A stretch of DNA of 64,000 bases from Trichodelitschia bisporula (taxonomy: Eukaryota), in NCBI GenBank assembly GCA_010356995.1, contig ML996690.1, positions 1,396,217-1,460,216 on the forward strand. Reading direction: 5' to 3'. A model generated the notes under the pieces. It saw only the letters and a list, made by a program, of their open reading frames with translations, was not told the DNA's origin and did not search any database. Within the stretch, counting starts at the first letter, position 1. Every line of letters starts with the position of its first letter. Shown one piece after another: positions 24,902 through 35,893 of the stretch. The translations under genes were made by a program, and so were the position numbers.

Positions 24902-26012
24902 TCACTTTCCCAATACCTTCCGTGTCACACTGCGCGGTAAGCAGCTAGAAAAGTCAGCAAGACGTAAAAGGAAAAGATAATGCCTTACTACACCGGATCC
25001 ACTTCCTCCAGCCCGGGAAACTTCAAAAGGCTGAGTCCCGCAAGCCCAAATACCGTGTGAAAAACATCCACCATGTCGCCTGGCCGATCAGATATCCCCC
25101 CGTGCTCAGGGTCCTGGCACCGGAGAATGAAGCTCTCCAATGCCTTACCGTCAATCCAGTGTACCCGGTTCAGCATCGCCAGACTGCTGAGCACCCACCA
25201 GCTGTAGCACACATCCTCCTTCTTCTCCGGCCGTCCGTTCAATCCGCCCTTACCCTCGCCCTCGGACACCTGCCGCTCGCTCAACCACCCAGCCAAGTGC
25301 TCCATATCGACTGTATCAAGGCGGTCCGCAATCGACAGCGCCGCAAGGCAGGTGAATATCTGGCCCGAATGCGATTCCGCACCAGGCGAATTGCCATATC
25401 CACCGTCGGGATTGGCGCAGGACTTGATATATGTGACCGCACGGGGAACATCGACGAAATCCAACCGACCAAGGAGCGACAGCGCGTTCAACGCTCCGTA
25501 CAGGAAGCGCGTGTCAGGCTCTCCATACTGATCGCCGAAGAACGTCCCCGTAGCCGGATCCTGCAGCCCCGCAATAACTGCTCCGTCAGTCCAGTCCACA
25601 TCTATCCAGCAAACTCACACTTAGCAATTTTCTCCTTCCACCCCGGCACTCTCGCCTCAAGCTCCTCAAATCCATCCACCAGCGCCAAAATCTGCACCCC
25701 GCTCACAGTATACAGCATATGCGCATCATGCCCTGGAGCAGCACCCATCCCGCCCGACTCATGCAGACAGCTGAGCACGAAGTCGAGCACCTCGGCGCGG
25801 GGCAAGGCGTCTGGCTTCCCGAGTAGGTGCAACGCGGTCAAGCCCCAGTATAGCCCGTTTAGTCGCAGGTGCTCCGTCAGCCAGTACTCGAACTCGTCGC
25901 GCCGCTTGTCTAGCGTTTGAATGTAGCGTATGTGGGCGTTGGTGTGAAGTTGCTGAGGGGAGGGTCCTGAGGAGAGGGCGCCGCCGCGGCCGGGGCCAGC
26001 GACGAGGGACAT
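24902..26012 (-). CDS. BET2: Rab geranylgeranyltransferase (type II) beta subunit (introns about 25578-25618 and near 24945-24990)
   Basis: [53 protein letters not shown]; spliced end [19 protein letters not shown]. Confidence 0.93.
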
Positions 26013-26727
26013 CGTGGATGTGAGCGTTGGTTTTCAGGGCTCAGCTCGGCCAGCACTGGCACTGCCTGCCGGTACGTGTGCTACAATGAAGCTGTCAGGG
26101 CTTTCTGGTGGGTGGAGGAAAGGTTGGCGCGGAGTTACTCTAAAGGTTGCCTGGTCTCGTCGAGCGAAGCTCGCAGTAACCTTAAGCGAGTAGGGCGGTA
26201 GGGTACGGGAAGCGGAGATATATCGGATGATCCTTAAAGGGTTTAGTCTGCTTGAGCGGTATAAAAAATATCGGCTCTTATGATCCCCTAGCCTTATGGC
26301 TTTGTAGATGAGAATGAACTTTAACTTGAGTTGGCGGGGTTGGGATAAACCCCGCGCCAAGCCGTAAATATATACTGCGAGGTGGAGCAAGAGCTTCAGC
26401 CAGCCTTGTCACTGTACAGTAGCTCTGAACGAGAGAGGCGGCACTTGTGTTGGATCTTGAGGCCAGCTTCAGAGAGTTACTGGGAGTAGATAGCCCCTAA
26501 TCCATCTAATTTCTGTGCCTTTAATGTAGGGGATTTCGGCCACGGTTGCCTCGCAGGGAGCTGGGTGATGGTGGTGATGTTACGTAGTACACGGAAAGGA
26601 CGAAAGAATGGACTGATGTAGAATAGGAAAGGGCTCGACCGAGCTCGGTCTCAGTCTCGAGGGCATTCTGGTGGGAATTTCGCAGATGTCGTACTCGTGA
26701 AATCAAGCACTATACGCGCAAAGCTAT

Positions 26728-27458
26728 CTACGCCTCCTCTTCCTCGTTGACAAACAGGTCCCAGTCTTTGACCTCAAAGGTCTCCAGAATGCGGTCGCGC
26801 ATCTGTATCGCCGCCCCGAGAAGCGGACCCGGCTTGCGTGCCTCGAGGTCAACATCCGCGCGGGAATACTCGTCTGCCACATGCGGGACATTAATCGAAA
26901 TGACAATGTCGGTCTTCTGCGCCGCGAGCCGCACGAGCACAAGGAGGATGGCCGTGAAGTCGGCCTGCGGGGAGCGCGAGGGCGCGGCACTTGGATGTTG
27001 GGTGGCGAACATAGTGAACGCCGGGGTCGACCTAGGCAGTGAGGTTAGGTGGGGAGTGGGGTACAGATGAGGCAGTTAACGCGTAAAGGAGAGTTGTACT
27101 CATATTAGCGGGGCATACATACGGCATTTTCGCCAGCGCCGCTGGGGCAAAATCCGCCCAGATGCGCGTCTCGTCGGCGCTGCTGGTGACGATATCGGCG
27201 AAATGGAAACGCAGAGCGGCTTCGTCCGAGCTGTCGTTCGGCTGGATGACGCGTTCAGTTATGTCGAAGATGATGCTCGTAAGGCCGGTGGTGTGGAGGT
27301 AGACTTCCTGGTTATCGGGAACCTGGCGGATGGTGCTGTGGGGTTAGATGGGCGCAGAGTGGAGGCTTCCGTGAATCTCACCTAACATCCGCGAAGTCGC
27401 GGGGAAGGTCGGCTGTGAGGGCGCCGCCGAAGAGAGGGACGGTATTGAAGGCGGTCAT
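26728..27458 (-). CDS. MOG1: Mog1/PsbP-like Ran guanine-nucleotide release factor (introns about 27336-27381, 27032-27122)
   Basis: PLFGGALTADLP..FADV|STIRQVPDNQEVYL..TSIIFDITERV..TDIVISINVP..FEVKDWDLF. Confidence 0.9.
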
Positions 27459-30400
27459 AGTGAATGTTTTGATGGCTTTGCCGAAGTGGGGTGAGGTTCG
27501 AGGTTCATAGCAGGCAGGGTATTTAAGTCTGGGGGAATGCTCTAGTTCTAGGCAGACATGATAGACTCAATGCTCAAAGCTATGACTATTTCAACGCCTC
27601 ATGAAAGACGCAGCTCGGGACGAAATTATTGGACAACTGAAGCAACTTTGGAAAGTGGGCGTTTTACATTCTCTTGTCATCGATTTGGTCCTACAGAGGC
27701 CTGCCTTTGTGTTGTACACAGCGTTGATTGGATTTGGTTTTCACCTATACACACCCACGCGGCGGCAGCACTGTACTCATGTTTACTAGTCCTAACAGCA
27801 AGAGGGGTGGGCGAGACGACCCGAAGACCGAGTTTACGGTAGGCATCTCTTTGTCGCTCGATGTCGTCACGTTGTCGTCGGGCACATGTCAGTGAGGAAG
27901 CGGCTTTTGTGGACCATTGTTCTTGTTCCCTCATGGGCGCTTCTCCTCTGATACGAGGCAACAAACACCGGTGAAACCCATTGACGGGAGGTACAGTACA
28001 GTCAAGCACCTCATGCAAGAAAATCACCTTACTGTGCCGTACCATGGTAGTTTTAGCACGAACCACACGACTCTTCGAGCTCCGCCGGCATCTGACATTG
28101 GGAGGGGTGCAGTAATGTACAAATCCGCAGTGGTCAACCGACATGATGGGAAAACGTTTGAGAGCAGGCCTTGATTATGGGTGGACGCATCGCCATACAG
28201 TATGCATGTAGACTGCAGAGGCGCGTTGGCATGTTGCAGTACAGTAGGCCTGCGCCTTCGAAGAAGAGGAGTTGAGGCTGTGCCTGGTGAGATGGAGGCG
28301 TGAGGCTGCGCCTTTGAAGAGGAGGGGTGGGGCTCTCATTCCCTTTCTGTTCACTCTACGCTCAGTCAACTTCAAAACGCACGCTTCACAATCATCGGGC
28401 CTTTCTTCTCGACTGTTCGTACAATGTCTTCTGCGATCATAGGATCAGGAAGTTACATCATCGGTACGAACGCACTTCTTTAATCCCAGTCTCCTCTAAC
28501 TCGCGTACAGCCCGAAGCCGGTAAGGCCAGGCAAGCTAGGAACCACCTCAGGATCATCTTTCTCAAAAGCTGTTGCTCTACTATCACCGTCTTACACCAC
28601 ACCACGCTGCCGGCTCCCTCAAAAGTGTGCAGCCCTGCGGATGGCGTCAAAGAGGCCGGGGCCAGACGATTTGATCGAGCCGTCGAAAAGGCTGAGGCTC
28701 TTATCACCAGGATATGGAGTCTCGTCTTCCAGTGAGGATAGACTGCAACTCAACAATGAGGTACGTTCTTCGTTCGTATGATCTGCCCCGTGGCCTACAG
28801 AGATCGAATGCAAATCCACTGACATTGTCAAGCTATCCAATACTGGCACAACCGTTGTTCGGAGCCCGCCGGGGATCCGATTGAAGCATTCGCAATACAC
28901 AATAGGATGGATATGCGCACTCTCTATTGAACACGAGGCTGCACGGGGGATGCTGGACGAAGAGCACTCAAGTCTCCCTCAGAATTCATCAGATGACAAT
29001 ATCTACACGCTTGGCCGCATTGGCGAGCACAATACGGTCATTGTGGGCTTGCCGGCCGGGTTCATGGGCACTTCCACAGCGGCCTGGGCGGCTAGTAAAA
29101 TGCAGGCGACTTTCAGCTCGATTCGGTTCGGCCTGATGGTGGGCATTGGAGGTGGTGTGCAGAGCAGCAAAAATGATATTCGGCTGGGGGATGTTGTTGT
29201 GAGCCAACCCTCCAATGGCCATGGCGGAGTAATTCAGTACGACTTTGGGAAAACAACACCAGACAAGTTTGAGCGGACTGGCTTCCTGAATTCACCTCCC
29301 ATAGTCTTGCTGAGTGCAGTAGCGAATCTGAGGGCCAATTACGATCTAGGAGGGAAGATCTTGTATCACCTTACGCAGCTGTCCTGTCAACCTTTATTTG
29401 CACGGGAGAATGCCGGACCGGATGTTTTATACCGCGCTGACTACAACCACGAGCGACCCGGTACTGGTGATTGTGAGGAATGCAAGACGGACTTTATCGA
29501 ACAGCGACAGCCACGTGGTGATGATTTTGTCATTCATTACGGCACCATAGCATCCGGAAACCAAGTTGTGCGAGATGCCACTACAAGGGACAGACTCAGC
29601 AAGGATTTTGGAGGCGTTCTTTGCTTTGAGATGGAGGCGGCGGGGCTTATGAACCATTTCCCCTGCCTTGTTGTGCGGAGCATCTGCGACTATGCCGACT
29701 CGCATAAGAACAAGAGCTGGCAACCGTATGCGGCAGCGACGGCAGCTGCGTATGCGTAAGAGATCCTGTTGTCGATACCGGCAGCCGAAGTCGAGACAGG
29801 ATCATCTGCGTTTGAGGTGATGAACCAAAATCTCGGTAAGTGGCTTTTACCTTTCTTTGATGGTAGTTGTCATACGGTAGGGAAGAGAGGGCTAACCGCT
29901 GTCGTTAGAATTCAATAAGGTCCTCGGTAAACTACCCACTGCTGTGGATGCGCCGTTCAATGTACGCAAACGAGAACACGAAACTGCCTGTCTCCCTGGT
30001 ACCCGTCTCGCACTTCTCGACCAGATATATAACTGGGTTGATGCAAAAACCCACCCAAATATATTCTGGCTGAGCGGGTTGGCCGGCTATGGCAAGTCTA
30101 CGGTTGCGCGAACAGTGGCCGCCAGATGCTTCAGGAAAGGTCTTAGCGCCAGTTTCTTCTTCACCAAAGGCGGCGGAGATGTTGGCCACGCCGGTATGTT
30201 TGTTACAAGCATCGCAGTGCAGCTTGCAAATAATGTGCCGGATCTAAAGCCGATCATTTGCGATGCCATCGCCAAGCACAGCAACATCGCAAGCCTGTCT
30301 CTACGCGAGCAGTGGGACCGTCTTGTTCTCGCTCCTTTATCGCTGTTTGCAACCGATCAATCCTCTCCAACATTTCTCCTGGTTATCGACGCTCTTGACG

Positions 30401-31740
30401 AGTGCACAGATGAGAGCGATGTGCGGATCATTCTTCAGCTTTTCGCCGAACTTCGAGGATCGCACCAAACCAGGCTCCGAGTATTTTTGACGAGCCGACC
30501 CGAAGCTCATATCCGGGATGGGATTCAGCATATATCAGAAGTGGAACGCTACGACTTTGAACTGCATAGCATTCGATAGTCGGTTGTCGAACATGATATT
30601 CGCGTTTTCTTAGGGTACGAGCTTCGCCGTATTTCCTGCAAGTACTTTTACGACACTAACTGGCCAAGCGAGCAGATCATCAATCGTCTTGTTCAGAACG
30701 CAAGTGGCTTGTTCATCCGGGCTGCTACGGCATGCCGCTTTATTAGTGAAGGGAAACAATTCGCCGCCCACAGACTGGATTCGATCTTGGACCAAGGCCA
30801 TACCGAGGGGAACACTTCGGAGAAGCAGCCCAATGATATCTATTCTGCTGTTCTCGAGCAAAGCATTCCTGCAGGCTTTTCGGGAAAAGAGAAGGAAGAG
30901 CTGCGGTCTATGCTGAGATCTCTACTTGGAAGCATTGTAACCTTGTTCTCTCCAATTTCCATCCAGTCCTTGTGCAAGTTATTGGAAACTCGCGGCGACA
31001 GAGTGAGCCAGACACTGCACGATCTCCACGCCATTTTCGACATTCCAAAAGAGCCAAATTGCGCACTCCGTTTACACCACCCTTCATTTCGGGACTTCCT
31101 TCTGGATAAAAAAAGAAGTGGAAATGCCAAGTTCTGTGTTGACGAGAAGCAAGCACATCAGTCTCTTTCTGCGCACTGCATGCAACTTATGTCCAAATCC
31201 CTTAAGCAAGACTTGCTGGAAATTGGTCGTCCGGGTGCGCTTGCAACAGAAATCGAGAACGATCGACTAGAGCGATATCTCCCTGCTGAAGTACAATACG
31301 CATGCCTCTACTGGATCCAGCATGCTCAGAAAGGTGGCTCCCAGCTTAGAGATGATGACCAAGTCCATCGGTTTCTAAAGGAGCATCTTCTTCATTGGCT
31401 TGAGGCGCTTGGATGGATGCAGAAGGTTTCCGAAGGGTTTCATGCCATCGTGTCTTTGGAGTCCATGATATCGGTAAGCTGAACGTAAAGCAGAGTGGGG
31501 ATACTCGGCTGATACTTGGCTTAGGCGCAGGGGTGTCCCCGACTATCGGAATTTGTTCATGACATGAAACGATTTGTCCTCTACCATCGGTCAGCCATCG
31601 AACTAGCTCCTTTGCAGACATATTCCAGCGCGCTGGTATTTTCCCCGGCAGCAAGTCATGTAAAAAGGCAGTTCCAAAGCCAAAAGCCTCTGTGGATGCC
31701 CAAACTACCGCAGGTTGAAGACAACTGGGATGCCTTGCTA

Positions 31741-32856
31741 CATACGCTCGAGGGCCATTCGGGTTGGGTCAGGGCCGCGGCCTTCTCGCCGGACAGCAAG
31801 CAGCTGGCGTCGGCATCGAACGACGAGACGGTCAGGCTGTGGGACGCCGGCTCGGGAGTGGCGCTGCAGACGCTCGAGGGCCATTCGGNNNNNNNNNNNN
31901 NNNNNNNNNNNNNNNNNNNNNNNNNNNNNNNNNNNNNNNNNNNNNNNNNNNNNNNNNNNNNNNNNNNNNNNNNNNNNNNNNNNNNNNNNNNNNNNNNNNN
32001 NNNNNNNNNNNNNNNNNNNNNNNNNNNNNNNNNNNNNNNNNNNNNNNNNNNNNNNNNNNNNNNNNNNNNNNNNNNNNNNNNNNNNNNNNNNNNNNNNNNN
32101 NNNNNNNNNNNNNNNNNNNNNNNNNNNNNNNNNNNNNNNNNNNNNNNNNNNNNNNNNNNNNNNNNNNNNNNNNNNNNNNNNNNNNNNNNNNNNNNNNNNN
32201 NNNNNNNNNNNNNNNNNNNNNNNNNNNNNNNNNNNNNNNNNNNNNNNNNNNNNNNNNNNNNNNNNNNNNNNNNNNNNNNNNNNNNNNNNNNNNNNNNNNN
32301 NNNNNNNNNNNNNNNNNNNNNNNNNNNNNNNNNNNNNNNNNNNNNNNNNNNNNNNNNNNNNNNNNNNNNNNNNNNNNNNNNNNNNNNNNNNNNNNNNNNN
32401 NNNNNNNNNNNNNNNNNNNNNNNNNNNNNNNNNNNNNNNNNNNNNNNNNNNNNNNNNNNNNNNNNNNNNNNNNNNNNNNNNNNNNNNNNNNNNNNNNNNN
32501 NNNNNNNNNNNNNNNNNNNNNNNNNNNNNNNNNNNNNNNNNNNNNNNNNNNNNNNNNNNNNNNNNNNNNNNNNNNNNNNNNNNNNNNNNNNNNNNNNNNN
32601 NNNNNNNNNNNNNNNNNNNNNNNNNNNNNNNNNNNNNNNNNNNNNNNNNNNNNNNNNNNNNNNNNNNNNNNNNNNNNNNNNNNNNNNNNNNNNNNNNNNN
32701 NNNNNNNNNNNNNNNNNNNNNNNNNNNNNNNNNNNNNNNNNNNNCGACAGCACGGTCAGGCTGTGGGACGCCGGCTCGGGAGCGGCGCTACAGACGCTCA
32801 AGGGCCATTCGGCTACGGTCTGTGCTGTGGCCTTCTCGCCGGACAGCAAGCAGTTG
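31741..32856 (+). repeat. 126-bp WD40 tandem array of the NLR (mostly in gap)
   Basis: GGCCATTCG recurs at 31753 and 31879 (period 126 = 42 aa); the same unit resumes after the gap at 32745. Confidence 0.9.
31889..32744. other. Assembly gap (856 N) inside the WD40 array
   Basis: Run of N. Repeat phase on either side implies roughly 6-7 unresolved units (857 = 59 + 6.3 x 126, so the gap size is only an estimate). Confidence 0.98.
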
Positions 32857-33532
32857 CCAGATTCTGGCTCGAATCCTCCGCGCCCTATAATTGTCGTGAG
32901 GCAATGGGTAACCATAAGCCCAGAAAATCTTCTTTGGCTTCCAGCCGAGTATCGCAGTCCGACCGTCGTCGCCGTTCACGGGGGTAAGATTGGATTGGGG
33001 TATTCATCTGGTCGGGTACTGTGGATGGAATTCACTCGATGAAGCGTCTCTTAACCTCCTCCCCGCCCACCTCCGTTGCGGCCATTGTCTTTTTATATCT
33101 TTTTGGGAGCACAAGTGGCAATGGATTCCAAATAAATGGTACGGCTTTGAAATCAAACACTCCAATAGCAAATAGTAACGGTTGCGTATAAAATGCCGCC
33201 ACGTCAGTGATGTACTAGCTTCAATGCATTGGGGATGTGGAAACATCTGGAATTAACCATTCCTCCAGTGCGTAGAGAAGATATGATGGAATGTGGTGGC
33301 TGTGTTCCATGTTTGCCACTCCCAGTTCTTGTGTCGAGCAGAGCTTTGATGAAGACGGAATTAGGCCCTAGCTCAACCTGGTACAAGCTGGAAAAGGGAG
33401 ACGGTCACGCACACAAATCCTCATCAGCCTCCATTGATAAAACTGGCGTGAAGCTATGTTGGTATGCTAGGCGATAATCCTGCGTACGCCATCTGAGATC
33501 TTACACAGCGAGCCCGATTCTTGAGCGCCACT

Positions 33533-33604
33533 TCCACCCGCGCCACGAACTCCACCCGCGCCACCAACCTCACCTGCGCCACCAACCTCACCTGCGCCAC
33601 CTCT
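33533..33604 (+). repeat. 18-bp minisatellite x4 (TCCACCCGCGCCACCAAC-like)
   Basis: Units start at 33533, 33551, 33569 and 33587. Confidence 0.85.
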
Positions 33605-33639
33605 GCCACTGCTTCAACTAGGCTTCCCTTCCCCCCGTC

Positions 33640-34242
33640 TCGCGACCTCCTCGCGCAAACATGCCACGCCCTCCGCGCCTATGCCCAAGGCGACCTGCTC
33701 TGGAAAGCCTTTATCGAAGACGCCCTCCACGCGGACCACACCCCGACCCCCACCGCCGACATGAGCACCGCCTCCTTCCGCATCCCGCGTAACAAGCTGC
33801 AAATCCTCTACCTCCTCCCCAAGCTGCCCTACAACCCTAACTTCGAGTTCGCGACCTGGGCCTCTGTCCGAAAAGGCCGTGACCCTCACACCATCCCGCC
33901 CATACCGCGACATCTGGGCCGGCGACTACCACGGCCGCGGCGAGGAGTTCATCGTGCTGCTGCAGCTTGACGCGCCCATTTAACTGCCCTTCTCCGCCCC
34001 GGAGGCCGCGCTGCTCGAGCGCAGACTGCTCACGTGGCTCGCGAGGGGTACCGAGGCGGGTGTGTCGGGCACGCTGGTGGATGAACGGAATGTACAAGGG
34101 CTAGTTGCTGGGCGTTAGGTTGACTGGCGACCGTAATGTGCCGCACGGGCAGGACACGTTCGTGACGCCGGATTTCGGGAGTACGGGTGTCGTGCGGCGC
34201 GCGTGGGAGGAGCCGTTTCAGGGCGCAAGGCTAACTCGATGA
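33640..34242 (+). pseudogene. Decayed F-box / DUF3506 (Cyclin_D1_bind, FBXO31-like) gene
   Basis: Fragments in different frames: LAQTCHALRAYAQGDLLWKAFI (F-box end), PYRDIWAGDYHGRGEEFIVLLQ*, and YKG*LLGVRLTGDRNVPHGQDTFVTPDFG..EEPFQGAR. These resemble the family motifs GIWVGDYSGHGCEFL and KLTGDPNVPRGEYTF. Confidence 0.75.
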
Positions 34243-34685
34243 CGAGCCTCCACCCGCCGGGCCAGGACAACGATTACTCGGGCATCGATGCCAATCCATA
34301 TAGCAAGCCCGATCACCTTCTTCGAAGGTCATCCTCTCGCTCTGTTTCTGATCCTCAACAAACACCCGTGCAGCCAGCCCGTCAAATGCCCCTCGAAGTG
34401 TAGAGTGCATACTCTCTTGCTTACACGGCCTTCACTGTTTTTTCCCAACGGTGTTTCTTGTGACCAAGCGCACCCCGTGACACATAGTGGGGGTTATAGA
34501 CGGGCTGGATAGCAGATGGTCAGAGGTGAAGACGAGACGAATCGTTGTCCTGTCAAGGATCAACGATCGTAGCCATATGTATTGATAGAGTGGGGTCCAA
34601 GGCTGAGCCTGGGGTGAGCCTACGACTCAGCCCAACGCACAGCCTATGGCAGGATCTGAAGCTCCCGGGAACGTTAAGACAAACT

Positions 34686-35468
34686 TCAACAAGTGAATTC
34701 CATACACAGCACTCGACCAGATGAATACCCCAATCCAATCTTACCCCCGTGAACGGCGACGACGCTCGGACTGCGATACTCGACTGGAAGCCAAGAAGCT
34801 TTTTTGCGCTTATGGTTACCCATTGCCGCACGACAATTATAGGGCGCGGAAGATTCGAGCCGGAACCTGGCAGCTGCTTGCTGTCCGGCGAGAAGATCAC
34901 GGCCCTGACCCAATCCGAATGGCCCTCGAGCGTCTGCAGCGCCGCTCCCGAGCCGGCGTCCCACAGCCCTGACCGTGCTGTCGACCGACGCCGACGCCAG
35001 CTGCTTGCCGTCCGGCGAGAAGGCCAAGGCGCCGACCCAACCCGAATGGCCCTCGAGCGTCTGCATCGCCGCTCCCGAGCCGGCGTCCCACAGCCTGACC
35101 GTCGAGTCGTACGATGCCGACGCCAGCTGCTTGCCGTCCGGCGAGAAGGCCACGGCGTTGACCCAACCCTCATGGCCCTCGAGCATCTGCAGCGCCTTTC
35201 CCGAGCCGGCGTCCCACAGCCTGACCGTCGAGTCGTCCGATGCCGACGCCAGTTTCTTGCCGTCTGGCGAGAAGGCCACGGCCCTGACCCACTGCGAATG
35301 GCCCTCGAACGCCCGCAGCGCCGCTCCCGTGCCGGCGTCCCACAGCCTGACCGTCTTGTCGCCCGATGCCGATGCCAGCTGCTTGCCGTCCGGCGAGAAG
35401 GCCACGGCCTCCACATAATCCGAATGGCCCTTGAGCGTCTGCAGCGCCTTTCTCGAGCCGGCGTCCCA
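34686..35468 (-). pseudogene. Headless inverted WD40 cassette (about 5 units of 126 bp) plus a copy of the NLR C-terminal tail
   Basis: Units recur at about 34956, 35083, 35209, 35335 and 35461. Tail WLPVEYRSPSVVAVHGGKIGLGYSSGRVLCMEFTC* versus NLR WLPAEYRSPTVVAVHGGKIGLGYSSGRVLWMEFTR*. A +1 frameshift near 34968 and a -1 near 34795. No NACHT or start codon upstream. Confidence 0.88.
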
Positions 35469-35520
35469 GGCTGTGGGACGCCAGGTCGGGAAAGGCGCTG
35501 CAGACGCTCAAGGGCCATTC
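35422..35520. repeat. 99-bp fold-back palindrome (47-bp arms, 44/47 matching, 5-nt spacer) made of WD40 repeat sequence
   Basis: 35422-35468 is the reverse complement of 35474-35520 with 3 mismatches; spacer GGCTG. Confidence 0.93.
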
Positions 35521-35539
35521 AAAAGTGGTCTGGGCCGTG

Positions 35540-35893
35540 AAGTGGTAGGGGATATGAAGCTAGATAGTAGGATATGTGCCGCTAAATTTGTCAGGGGACC
35601 GCACGGCATGAAGAACTCACGACAATGGGGTGAGACATAACCAAGTTGGTTGCTATACAGAGGGAAGAAATTGGTGAGGGCGAGCCCCAGAGGGTTGTTG
35701 GTGGGGCGGTGCCGGGTAAACGTTTACCCGAAACAGGGCTCCAACCTGGCCGTTGCATGAGAGAAGGAATGGGGGCCTTGGGCTACTCCCAAGACAAAAT
35801 TGTAGGGGACATGCCGCTAGGTGGGAGGGGATATGCCGCAGGTAGTAGGGGCTATGCCGCTAGGTGGGAGGGGAGCAATATGCCGCTAGGTGG
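35540..35893. repeat. About 350-bp non-WD insertion bounded by ~22-bp repeats (GTAGGGGAYATGCCGCTAGGTGG-like), with a central perfect 18-bp palindrome
   Basis: Two degenerate units at 35545-35585 and four at 35802-35893; CGGGTAAACGTTTACCCG at 35713-35730. It interrupts a WD unit between GHSKVVWAV and VWD. Confidence 0.7.

Larger units (their letters stand above)
28641..33042 (+). pseudogene. Fungal NLR (NWD type): PNP_UDP_1 effector - NACHT - WD40 repeats. Two in-frame stops (29757 TAA, 30577 TAG); introns 28761-28832, 29836-29908, 31474-31524; array interrupted by N gap.
   Basis: PNP_UDP motifs YTIGWICAL, MVGIGGG, DIRLGDVVVS, HYGTIASGNQV, CFEMEAAGLMN, ICDYADSHKNK. NACHT Walker A WLSGLAGYGKST, Walker B LVIDALDEC, FLTSRPE, LHHPSFRDFL, HLLHWLEAL, APLQTYSSALVFSP. 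Then TLEGHS..LWD repeats. The frame is continuous across both stops and all introns. Confidence 0.9.

Noticed and set aside
27032..27122. Possible nested twin intron (stwintron) in the 91-nt MOG1 intron
   Set aside because: The internal GCTAAT..AG would define only about 24 nt, too short, and does not rebuild a donor.
27500..28640. Separate effector gene (HeLo, gasdermin or amyloid motif) upstream of the NLR
   Set aside because: Only short motif-less ORFs were found, and the NLR already carries its own PNP_UDP effector.
29757..30579. A-to-I editing rescue of the NLR stops (UAG to UGG)
   Set aside because: Homologous positions are not Trp (K expected at the first) and TAA would need two edits. 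Kept only as a check, not a claim.
31656..32987. Long ORFs in several frames across 31.7-33.0 kb
   Set aside because: Artefacts of the 856-N gap; only the frame starting at 31564 is the NLR exon.
35802..35893. CRISPR-like array
   Set aside because: Eukaryotic context, contiguous degenerate units with no unique spacers, and no cas genes.
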